From assembly GCA_964016885.1 (NCBI GenBank), contig OZ024749.1, forward strand, positions 30,194,001 through 30,258,000: a DNA stretch of 64,000 bases. The letters are read 5' to 3'. Each line of letters begins with the position of its first letter. Position 1 is the first letter of the stretch. The notes below the pieces were generated by a model. It worked only from the letters and a program-made list of their open reading frames with translations, was not told where the DNA came from and made no database searches. Position numbers and translations under genes: made by a program. Of the stretch, positions 51,821-64,000 are shown in pieces. This DNA is from Eledone cirrhosa (taxonomy: Eukaryota).

Positions 51821-52995
51821 CGTAAGTCTGTGATTAATTTCGACGACTCTATTTGTATAAAGAAATCCAATAGTACCCCATTATACGTGAGTATAGGCGC
51901 CAGCGATTCTGCGGAGGTTACTGATCTTATCGGCCGTTTCCTTCTTTTCTCTATCAAGGAAGAATTCCCCAACGCGGGCGGTGGTTTGTACCGTGAAAAG
52001 AACTCACAGCCTTCTTTAAAGGTTTCAACCTCTCTATACAGGTTGAGGCCAATCTCTCGGTCGTTAATTACCTCGACGTTACCCTCAATTTATTGAATGG
52101 GTTGTATTACCCTTATAGAAAGCCGAATGATACGCTTAATTACATAAGTAAGCATTCCAACCATCCTGCCAGCATAACCAAGAACCTGGTAAGAAACGTT
52201 TCGTTGAGGCTTTCCCGTCTATCTACTAACGAGCATATTTTCAACGACCATTCCACTTATTACAATGAAGCTCTTGCTCGGAGTGGATTTGTCGATAAGG
52301 TAGCATATACAGTGTACGAAAATAGGCCTAGAAGAAATAGATCCCGTAGAATTTGTTGGTATAACCCACCATATAATATGGAGGTGGCCACACCATTAGC
52401 TAAGATCTTTCTTTCCCTTATTACGAAGCATTTTCCCCCTACACATAAATATACTAAACTTTTTAATAGAATTACTATTAAAATTTCTTACTCTACGACT
52501 CCTAACCTTGCACATAACATCACAGCTTCAAATTTAGCTAAACTACCTAGCCGTAGGAACACGTGCAACCCTGTAGTTAGTACTAACTGTAATTGTAGGA
52601 ATCGGGTTGAGTGCCCCCTATCCGGGAAATGCCTCTCTAATAACATTGTCTACAAATGTAGGTTGTAGCACCCACGTCCCGTAGGGCCTACATAGGGTTA
52701 ACCGCCGATAGATCCAAGCAACGTCTTTACATGTTACCTATTCTTTTCGTTACTATCTTAGAAGGAATATGACGTCACTTTCAGCTTACATCTGGAGTAT
52801 AAAGACAACCGCACCCAATATAAGTTACACTGGGAAATCCTAGCTAGGGCTAGATCGTATAACGGAAATAAAAGACCATGTGACCTCTGCGCCGCTGAGG
52901 CCCTGGAAATACACTACGTCACAGACCACATCTTAAACAAAAAATCTGAGGCAATTTCGGCTTGTAAACATAAATTGCACAACGTTATACCCTAA
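51821..52995 (+). pseudogene. Decayed Penelope-like RT + GIY-YIG endonuclease
   Basis: GASDSAEVTDLIG, GGLYR, PYRKPN..SNHP, WYNPPY, CNCRNRVECPLSGKC..NIVYKC, YIG, CDLC..E...LNKKSE..SACKH; several frameshifts. Confidence 0.9.
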
Positions 52996-53584
52996 CGGAT
53001 AGTACGATCTATACGTGGATATTTTACGTCTTGATGTGGTAGCTAAGTATATGTTTTGTTTATACCATTACTTATTTGCATAGGTAAGTATATATTACCT
53101 GTATGTTTTGTGAAGGTACGTATACCTTCTCGTACGTATATTTGATTGTATATGTTGTGGCGTATAATTTTATATTTTCTGGTACATATGGTCTGGTTAT
53201 GTGTATGCGGGTGTTTTGCGTCTGTGTGAGTTTGCAGGTTCGTACGTATGTAGGGTGTGTGTATATGTGTACTTCATGTTTTGGTTGACTTACGTCTCCG
53301 AACATTTGTGTATTTACATGTAGGTATGTGTGTGCGCTTGTTATATACGTATTTATCTATTTATATACGTTCATTTAATTATTTATTTATTTGTATACAC
53401 GCATACACACACACACATATTTATATGTGCGTGGTTTTGTATACCTATGGTAAGTGTTTTCGCGTATGCTTGTGTATGTACGTATTTGTATACGTGTATG
53501 TATTTATTTAATTTCTATTACCTCTGTATTGTATTTATTTACTTTGTTCTTAACTCTGAAGCGGAGATTCATTCGGTCTCCTAG

Positions 53585-53865
53585 TTAGAATTTTAGTCTA
53601 CAACTTCTGCTATACCATTTACGTGGTTTTGTCTTTGCGTGCAATTGTTCTCAACGCTCCACATATGACGTATTATCTTCGTTTTTTTCGTTCAATGCCA
53701 GAGAACGTCTCTATGAACCACCTAAGAGAACATTAGTCTACGACCACTTTTATACCATAAACGTGGTTCTGTCTTTGCGCGTAATTGTTTTTCACGGCTC
53801 CTATTAATGACGTATTATATTAGTTTTTTCCCGTTCTTTGACAGAGAACGTTTCCACGAACCAAA
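53585..53865. repeat. Diverged ~140-bp tandem dimer in the Penelope 3'UTR
   Basis: TTAGTCTAC..TATACCAT..ACGTGGTT.TGTCTTTGCG...ATGACGTATTAT...CAGAGAACGT occurs twice. Confidence 0.75.
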
Positions 53866-53941
53866 GTATCGTCTTCCTGTCTTCCTCCGGTTGCAACGTT
53901 TTTTGAAATATTCACTTCTGCGTCTACAGATTGACTTTGTT

Positions 53942-53992
53942 AGTTTCAGAAGATCCCGTTAAGGGTGAAAGCAGTGATTCTTTGTTTAAACT
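53942..53992 (+). ncRNA. Hammerhead-like motif (family D)
   Basis: Same as 28260-28312, sense to the RT ORF. Confidence 0.6.
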
Positions 53993-54012
53993 TTAATCTG
54001 TTATTTTAATAA

Positions 54013-54095
<83 letters not shown>

Positions 54096-54336
54096 ATAGA
54101 GATAGAGAGGTATGTATACACTGGTGAGCTCTAGATATTCAGGCGTAATATCTTGGAATATATTACTAATGACATTCTTGAACAGGTAGATATTATTGGG
54201 AGATAAGAAATTGAGGTCAAGAGATGATGATCCTAAAGGCGATCATAATATCTCCGTTCTTCTTAAGTTGAAAATCTACAGGATTATAATGTATTGTATT
54301 GCAGTAAATATACTGTTGTGTGTCTATGTATATATG

Positions 54337-54385
<49 letters not shown>

Positions 54386-54449
54386 GTGTATGTATATATA
54401 TATATATATATATGTGTATGTATATATATGTATATATATATACATACAC

Positions 54450-54483
<34 letters not shown>

Positions 54484-54502
54484 GTGTATGTATATATATA
54501 TG

Positions 54503-54552
<50 letters not shown>

Positions 54553-54562
54553 TAAGTGTATG

Positions 54563-54751
<189 letters not shown>

Positions 54752-54764
54752 GCATAAGTGTATG

Positions 54765-54802
<38 letters not shown>

Positions 54803-54868
54803 TGTATGTATAAGTGTATGTATATATATGTATATATATATATATATATATATAGGTATAAGTGTATG

Positions 54869-54899
<31 letters not shown>

Positions 54900-55092
54900 G
54901 TATATATATGTATTAATGTATGTATATATAAATATATATGTATATATATATATGCATATGTATATATATGTATATATATATATACATGTATATGTATATA
55001 TAAATATATATGTATATATATATATGCATATGTATATATATGTATATATACATATATATATATATACATATATATATATACATATATATATG

Positions 55093-55175
<83 letters not shown>

Positions 55176-55280
55176 GTATATCTTTATATTTATAAACATA
55201 TATCTATATATTTATATGCGTCTATATACATATGTGTGTTATCTGCGTATGTCTGTATATATGTGTGTATATTAGTATTC

Positions 55281-55434
<154 letters not shown>

Positions 55435-55634
55435 ATACTAATGTACACACACATACACAGACACATGCCGATAGCACACATAAATATATACACACAGGTA
55501 TATATACGCATATACATATAAATATATAGATATATGTCTATAAATATCTGGGTATAAATTAGAAATAGAATATACTTTATTATTGACATTTGTGGGGCTT
55601 ATTTGTTTCAGTGAAGCTAGATAGAAGTATAGAA

Positions 55635-55785
55635 ATGTGCGCGAGTTTGTGGTTAGAATGTTCGTCTTGTGATCATAAGATAGTGAGTTCGATGTTCGCC
55701 AGCACGTTGTATACTTCAGTAAGAAACTTTCATTTTATATTCCTGCAGATTACTCAGCTGAAAGATAATGAATTGTACCTGTAAT
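55635..55785 (+). mobile_element. Degenerate tRNA-derived SINE (type of 62800-62932)
   Basis: TGGTTAGAATG...GTGAGTTCGAT A/B-box remnants. Confidence 0.4.
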
Positions 55786-56060
55786 TTTTTTGCGTCTTGT
55801 CACAGGATGCACCAGGTAAGATCGCCGTTAAATTATATTACGAGTGTCCGTATTTCAGCTATCTAACGTTAAATATAAGATGGAGTCTACAGGCTGGTCT
55901 GATATTATGTAAGGACATTTGTTACATTATAGTCCACAGGTGGTCCGAAGTCTTGTCACCCCTTGTCACATATTGTTTTAACTTTCATTATTTTTTGTTT
56001 TAATAATATAATATATACTATATATAATATAATATATACTATCATTAATTATAATATATA

Positions 56061-56244
56061 GGCGGTGGATTGGCAGTATCGGTAGAGGGTCGGACGCCAT
56101 GCTTTCCAGCATAGTTACGTCCCTTTACGATCTGAATTCAAATCCCGCCGAGGTTGACTTTGCTTTTCATCCTTACGGGGTCGATAAAATAAAGTACCAG
56201 TAATGCACTGGTTAATTGCTGGCCTTGTGCCTAAAGTAGAAACA
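56061..56244 (+). mobile_element. Full-length tRNA-derived Nin/Deu-domain SINE with a 17-bp target-site duplication
   Basis: A box TGGCAGTATCGG; B box .AATTCAAATCCC; TSD ATTAATTATAATATATA at 56044-56060 and 56245-56261. Confidence 0.88.
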
Positions 56245-56269
56245 ATTAATTATAATATATAATAATAAT

Positions 56270-56451
56270 GCCAACAATTATCCCAGTGGCCAACAATTAT
56301 CCCAGTGTATTACTGGTACTTTATGTTATCGACTCCGTAAGGATGAAAGGCAAAGTTAACCTTGGTAGGATTTGAACTCAGACCACAAAGGGACGTAACT
56401 CTTTGCTGTAAAGGATGGCGCCCGACCCTCTACCGATATGGCAATCAACCA
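56270..56451 (-). mobile_element. Same SINE family, inverted relative to 56061
   Basis: Reverse complement TGCCATATCGGTAGAGGGTCGGG...GAGTTCAAATCC...TTTGCCTTTCATCCTTACGG. Confidence 0.8.
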
Positions 56452-56467
56452 TAATTTTCTATTTCAG

Positions 56468-56642
56468 ATGGCTGACAGGAGCTCCTACAGTTTGGAAGAG
56501 AGGCTGTTTGCAAGTGTATGGAGACATGACTGTGTGCATTCTGGCAAGAGCATGGAGGATATGCAACATGACTTCACTGCAAGTTTCGGCAAACTAGCTC
56601 CTCTATAGTGGACGATACTGCGATGGGATCATAAACTGTTTC
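56468..56642 (+). pseudogene. Possible Tc1/mariner transposase N-terminal helix-turn-helix remnant
   Basis: MADRSSYSLEERLFASVW...MEDMQHDFTASFGKLAPL*WTILRWDHKLF resembles DUF4817-type transposase N-termini (recalled pattern). Confidence 0.45.
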
Positions 56643-56754
56643 TCATTACTTTTTGGTAGGAAGTGACAACAACTCACAGAATAATAAATGTCTTTACATC
56701 AGAAATATTCTAGAGATGATAATAGCATACGTCATTATCAGGTTTGTACAAATA

Positions 56755-56942
56755 GTGGTGGATTGGTAGTATCGGTAGAGGGTCGAACGTCATGCTTTCC
56801 AGCATAGTTACGTCCCTTTACGATCTGGGTTCAAATCCCGCCGAGGTTGACTTTGCCTTTCATCCTTACGGGGTCGATAAAATAAAGTACCAGTAATGCA
56901 CTGGGTAATTGCTGGCCTTGTGCCTAAAGTAGAAACAATTAT
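56755..56942 (+). mobile_element. tRNA-derived Nin/Deu-domain SINE
   Basis: Near-identical to 56061-56244. Confidence 0.88.
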
Positions 56943-57187
56943 TTGTTGACAGCATTCATTTTATCCCAATTTTTCTCTCCTTTTTGATACATATGTTGGA
57001 TGCTCGTGTTTTTCTTAGTACTTACACAGTTTCGTGAACATGTTTTTGTTAAATTTTATTTTGTTTCAAGATGAAATATTATGATATTTCCCTGTTTTAA
57101 GGATCAATAATTTTGCTTATTTCTATTGTTATCATGTGTTTCTGGTTTCTATTTTATCTTTATGGGTTGCAAACACATTCCCCGGTA

Positions 57188-57243
<56 letters not shown>

Positions 57244-58193
57244 GTGTGTATATATATGTGTGTATATATATGTGTGTATATATATGTATGTATATATATA
57301 TTTGTATATATATATTTGTATATATATATTTGTATATATATATATATATATATATATCTTGTATTTCACCAGAAATGTATAAGTATCGACGGAGTACAAG
57401 GTGACAGTTTCGAAATATTTATTAAATCTACAATGAAGGCATTCATTTATTTCCTGATAAATTTACTGAATGATCACATTCTGTAACATGACAGTTTATT
57501 AAAATAAAATAAAAATGTTTCCTAAGATATATTGTCTTTCATTTCTTCAGCTAAATTGGGAGAATCGCATATCATTTTTTCTTTCGTATACACTTTTCGT
57601 TCCTCAATAAATCCTACTTGAAAGTTTCCCATCACATACACTTAGCGTTGTAATGTAGTTGTAAATACACTAGGTTTGAAAGTAGGTTCGAAAAAGGTGA
57701 AAAACGGCAGAGAATCTCATTAGCCTGCCGAATCAAAGGCCATTACCTACCATATTTAAATATTTACTGGTAATTTATAAAGAAAAGGTGATATGTCGAG
57801 TGAACTATACATTAGAACATTAATGTTTGTATACGGTATTGTTAAGGCGCGTAGCTTACTGGTTAGTGAGTTCGGCTGATGAGTTTAAGGTTATAAGTTC
57901 GATTATTGGATCGGATGACACGTTTTGTGCTGAAGCAAGATATTTCATTTCCCCTTCCTCCACTCCAATTAACTGGTAGAAATTTAGTTGTATTCGTGAA
58001 TAAACGGTAAGGATAAACGGGCCTATGGAACGCTCAGCCACTTTCGCGTTAATTTCCACGAGCAAGCCACAATGTTGGTTGAAAAACCGGAAAACTCTTC
58101 GTCGCAACCGACGGAATCAAGGGACGTCAATAATACCACCACTACAACCAACAATAACACCAACACCACCAACAGCAACAATATCACCAACTG

Positions 58194-58261
<68 letters not shown>

Positions 58262-58658
58262 TTGAGAATGTGTTGGTTGGCTGACGACACTTCAGTATGC
58301 AGGGTAGAGCACTCAACATTGTGCAAGTGGATCTGTTTACTCCGGAGTAATTGAAAAACAAGAAGCCAATGTCAACAGGTTAAAACTAACTTCATTTATC
58401 ATATTCGCTGTAATATCTATTTCGGTGATAACCATTATTCTACAGCTGTGACCTCATCAGACAGCTAGATCTTGAACTGAACAAACAGAAAACCATAATG
58501 ATGCAACAAAGTTTACCTCCGTTATTTTGGTCCTTTCATATACCCTGTCCCGAAATATGATGTTGATTTCTCCCAGAAATATATATATAGATATATTTCG
58601 TTTCAGAATTTGTTTAGCAAGATTATTTATCTGAAAACGTGTGTTAAAACCGATATTT

Positions 58659-58748
58659 TTATGCTTTGAGAGGGTCAAGTTGCCAATAGGAAACACACGC
58701 ACCATGGTGCGTGTGTTTCTTATTGGCAACTTGACCCTCCCAAAGCAT

Positions 58749-58750
<2 letters not shown>
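58659..58750. repeat. Near-perfect 92-bp palindrome centred on CCATGG
   Basis: TTATGCTTTGAGAGGGTCAAGTTGCCAATA...TATTGGCAACTTGACCCTCCCAAAGCATAA. Confidence 0.9.
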
Positions 58751-58802
<52 letters not shown>

Positions 58803-58858
58803 TGATACAAAATGAAAACGAAATTTCATTTCTCACTCTTAGTATGGCACTTACTTAA

Positions 58859-59215
58859 ATGTAAGTATGCATGTATACGTACATACATATATGTATACAG
58901 ACGTACAGTAGCATGCACATATATATATATATATACATATATACATACATATGCATACAGGTACACATACATATATGCACGTATCAGTTTAGCGGCGCTT
59001 ATTATAACGTCGCTTTGTTCGTTTGTAAACAAATTCAGGCTGTTCAGTTTGTTTACAAACGAACAAAGCGACGTTATAATAAGCGCCGCTAAACTGATAC
59101 GTGCATATATGTATGTGTACCTGTATGCATATGTATGTATATATGTATATATATATATATGTGCATGCTACTGTACGTCTGTATACATATATGTATGTAC
59201 GTATACATGCATACT

Positions 59216-59220
<5 letters not shown>
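58859..59220. repeat. Palindrome with ~175-bp arms and a 14-bp spacer
   Basis: Centre GTAAACAAA-TTCAGGCTGTTCAG-TTTGTTTAC; a related single arm at ~12230-12372; adjacent 58809-58855 matches the reverse complement of 17898-17945. Confidence 0.88.
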
Positions 59221-59272
<52 letters not shown>

Positions 59273-59905
59273 TGATGTTTCCGTTGAAAATTGAAAAAAT
59301 CAGAGGATTGAAGAGTGCTCTCAATTTTCACCGGAAACTTCAATACTTATACAGCTCACAAGGGAATGATTGTAGCATATTCTACATTTATATGAGATTG
59401 ACACCTTCCAGCCCTTTTAAAGTCGAGCTCTCTTCAGTCAAAAGGATTTTTAACCAATATATATATATATATATGTATGTTTGCGGAGTAATGGTGAAAT
59501 ATATTTCTTTAATGAAATAGATACATGGAAGATTAATCATTTTTAAAAGGTATCTATATTTGTAGTTTTAGTTAAACTTTAATTAGTTACATACCTAAAG
59601 TGTGTCCTTACACACTTTACAAATTATCCCCTGTGATTGTTTCACGTATTTATTTTAGATATATATATATATGCCAATCAATTTCTAGTTGATATATATG
59701 TTTCTATATATTTCTCTTTCCCTTTCTGCCAACATATTAGCTACAGTTTCTATTCGAGTCTTTATTTTATAGAGAGCTTAGATATATTGTCGGTCTTTAG
59801 AAATAATACAATAAATATATATTTGTCATCTACTTTTATTATGTAACTGAATATTTATCCAGATGTATATAAGTACATATATATACACATATGTATGCAT
59901 ACATT

Positions 59906-59977
<72 letters not shown>

Positions 59978-59996
59978 GTATATAAACATACATACG

Positions 59997-60032
<36 letters not shown>

Positions 60033-60044
60033 ATGTGTATATAT

Positions 60045-60177
<133 letters not shown>

Positions 60178-60574
60178 CGTACTTACGTATATATATGTGT
60201 GTGTATATATATATGCACATATGAATGTATATATTTATGTTTGTTTATATAGATATACATGTATGCGTGCATTTGGGTTTAAAATGGATTTTTGTAATTA
60301 AATAAATAATATATAAAGTATATAAAATATAATATATAAAATACGATGCGTATATTTCATAGGTATAGATTATATTCTATGTTTACCTTTGTATAATCAT
60401 TCCTAGTATCAATGAAAATTTGAAACATGACTCCTAATATATATGTTTTCAAATCTATTTCTGAAGCCATTGTAACAGCCTACATCAGGATTCATGAGTT
60501 CAGATATGTTGTACTTTTCTAAAACAATTTAAAATACTATTGAATGGAATAAGCTTTTATTATTTTCATGTGAC

Positions 60575-62225
60575 TTGGCAGAATCGTTAGAGGGTCTGAC
60601 GCCATGCTGTGCAGCATAGAGTTACGGCCCTTTCCATTCTGAGTTTAAATCCCGCCGAGGTTAACTTTGCCTTTCATCCTTACGGGGTCGATAAAATAAA
60701 GTACCAGTAATACACTGGGTTATTTGCTGGCCTTGTGCCAAAAGTAGAAACAATTATTTTCATTCATATCGATTTATGGCGGTGAATTGGCAGTATCGGT
60801 AGAGGGTCGGACGCCATTCTTTGACGCATAGAGTTACGGCCCTTGCCATTCTGAGTTCAAATCCCGCCGAGGTTAACTTTGCCTTTCATCCTTATGGGGT
60901 CGATCAAATAAAGTACCAGTCACGCACTGGGGTCGATTTAATCGACTTTCCCCTCCCCCAAATTACTGGCCTTGTGCCTATATAAGAAACCATTATTTTC
61001 ATTCATATCGATTCATGGCGGTGAATTGGCAGTATCGGTAGAGGGTTGGACGCCATTCTTTGACGCATAGAGTTACGGCCCTTGCCATTCTGAGTTCAAA
61101 TCCCGCCGAGGTTAACTTTGCCTTTCATCCTTACGGGATCGATAAAATAAAGTACCAATAATTATCTGGATAATTGCTGGCCTTGTGCCAAAAGTAGAAA
61201 CAATTATTTTCATTCATATCGATAGACCGTCATCAGACACCATACGTTGTAACATAGCGTATGACCCTTTACATTCTGAGTTCAAATCCGAGTTCACCGA
61301 GATTAAATTTGCCTTTCATCCATACGGGGTCGATGAAATAAATCACCAGTAACGTGGGGTCGAATGAATCGACTTTCCCCTCTCCCCAAATTACTGGCCT
61401 TGTGCCTATACTAGAAATCATTTTCATTCATATGAGTAGGACGTCAGACACCATACTTTGTAGCATAGAATTATGGCCCTTTACGTTCTGAGTTCAAATC
61501 CCGTCGAGGTTGACTTTGCCTTTCATACTTACGGGGTCGATAAAATAAGGCACCAGTAACGTGGGGTCGAATTAATCGACTTTCCCCTCTCCCCAAATTA
61601 CTGGCCTTGTGCCTATACTAGAAATCATTTTCATTCATATGAGTAGGACGTCAGACACCATACTTTGTAGCATAGAATTATGGCCCTTTACGTTCTGAGT
61701 TCAAATACGCCGAAGTTGACTTTGCCTTTCTTCATTACGGGGTCGATAAAATAAGACACCAGTAATATACTGAAATAATTGCTGGCTTTGTGTCTAAAAA
61801 TAGAAACAATTATTTTCATTCATGAAAATGACGGTGGATTGGTAGAATTTGTAGAGCGCTAACCATCGTGCATTTTGGCATATAGATACAGCTTGGTTAG
61901 TATTGTCTTTCCTTCTTTCAGGGTCGATAAAATAAAGCTTCGGACACCATGCATAGTGGCATAGAGTTGCTTTCCTTTACGTTATGAGCTCACATCAAGT
62001 CGATGTTAGCTTTGCCTTTCATCTTTACAGGGTTCGATAAGATAAAGTAACAGAAATGCACTGGAGTCGATTTAATCGACTTTCCTCTCCACTCCTCTTC
62101 AAAATTCTGGCACTGTACCAAAAGTAGAAACCATTATTTTCGTAAAGATGATGGCGCTAGATTGATAGAATAGGAAGAGCGCTGGCCATCGTACTTAGTG
62201 GGATAGTTACGGCTCTTTTCGTTCT
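60575..62225 (+). mobile_element. Head-to-tail cluster of ~8-9 tRNA-derived Nin/Deu-domain SINE copies
   Basis: TTTGCCTTTCATCCTTACGGGGTCGATAAA recurs every ~200-240 bp; units end GAAAC(A/C)ATTATTTTCATTCAT. Confidence 0.88.
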
Positions 62226-62799
62226 TATTTCAAGTATCGTTTGAATTCAGGAATATAGATATATATATGTCAGTTAACTCTTTCTCTCTACTGACCTCTT
62301 CCTCGCACTCCCACTCACTCAGTCCCTGTTTCTCCCCTTCTTTCTTCCTCCCGTTCGCTGGGAAAACGGTTTTCATTCTTTCTAACACCGGATTCACTAG
62401 CGAAAGGTCTGTTTCTGACTCGCTCATATATTCACACAGCTTATGCTGAAAGAATAACTATGTTGCTTGTGTTTATTTCCATCTTCGGTTAGCTTCCCCC
62501 TGTGTTGTTACTTGTCTCACTCGCTTTACGCGTTTTTATTGTCCTAATAACTTATTTTAGTTATTATCGCTCCAACGTGAGGTATATGATTTTTAATGCG
62601 ATGAAATACCCATGATCGTTTGGTAAATCACTGATGAGGGACTCATTTTATAACATGTTATCCATGTGCAACCAGCAGTATTCTTCTCACTCATATTTTT
62701 CATATATATATATATATAGGAACGATCGACTTTCGTAAAATCGGACCGAGGGAACAATGTTTCCGTTGGTCTTTCCAATTGCTAATACTATCTATCGCA

Positions 62800-63259
<460 letters not shown>

Positions 63260-64000
63260 GAATTTAATATATACCCCCGTTGGGTAGAGCAAAACTTTAG
63301 GCGGTATCTAACTGCTCTTTCTAGCAGCCAACATACCTGCAACTTGGCCACCATTCACAACCTTCTTCTTTGACCGCTAGTCACGTGATGATTCTTACCC
63401 ATTTTGAATTCAATTCTAGCGGCGATCACTAAGAGGAAATACTGGATAAATTTTAGCTGAATGTTCCTCGAGGAGAATAGTCTGCATCATTTGTCTATTA
63501 TTTCTTCGAAGTTACATTTTACATTTTACAATAATCATTTAAACGGAGCTATAAAGCTCCGTTTAAATGATTATTTATCTAGTTGGTTTCTACGGACGAG
63601 GGTGAAGAAAGATTAAATATATTTTATCTAATAATTCTTCAAACCTCCAATTTTATATATATATAAAACCAAGCTACCACTCCATATAACGGAATGTGGA
63701 ATGAATGCTAAGCGATAAACTTTTAACCACATACACACATACACACACATAAACATATACGCATACACACAATATATATATAGACACACATACATACATG
63801 CACACATACATATAAATATAAATACATGCGCACATACACACATACACACATACACATATACAAACACACATACATACACACATACATACGTACACACATA
63901 CATTCATACATACACACACACATACATATATACACACGTATACACATACATACACAGATACACACATGCACACATACATACATGCGCACATACACACATA

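Larger units (their letters stand above)
51718..54015 (+). mobile_element. 5'-truncated Penelope-like (Naiad-type) element with an inverted family-D tail at the 5' end and a hammerhead-like 3' terminus, in (TA)n
   Basis: Termini match 28098-28331; RT-GIY-YIG remnant followed by a ~1-kb 3'UTR. Confidence 0.88.

Noticed and set aside
52580-52635. Selenocysteine (TGA) codons reported for some Naiad elements
   Set aside because: Cys positions in the CNCR..CP...C motif are TGT/TGC here
57856-58107. 83-aa ORF as a host exon
   Set aside because: Overlaps a degenerate dispersed repeat also seen at ~50615-50800
63530-63576. Small hairpin resembling a terminator
   Set aside because: Eukaryotic context, single copy, no supporting features

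Overview
AT-rich eukaryotic (animal) genomic DNA, saturated with (TA)n, (TATG)n and (TATC)n microsatellites. The SINE types and microsatellite load suggest a cephalopod such as Octopus (inference). No host gene can be called with confidence, and nearly all IYIY/VCVC ORFs are microsatellite artefacts. Main contents: (1) a 17.6-kb head-to-tail array of three full-length L1/Tx1-type non-LTR retrotransposons plus a 3'UTR-only piece (30436-48033), each separated by (TATC)n, and a 5'-truncated copy on the minus strand also embedded in (TATC)n; (2) many Penelope-like (Naiad-type RT/GIY-YIG) fragments and short palindromic termini in (TA)n that carry type I hammerhead ribozyme motifs of several families, including a 591-nt hammerhead-to-hammerhead unit and one ORF junction exactly at a predicted self-cleavage site; (3) a non-coding ~607-bp RTE-like element in (TATG)n; (4) about 9.6 apparently identical copies of a 615-bp unit; (5) tRNA-derived SINEs, including a tandem cluster. 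All alignments and RNA folds were done by eye.
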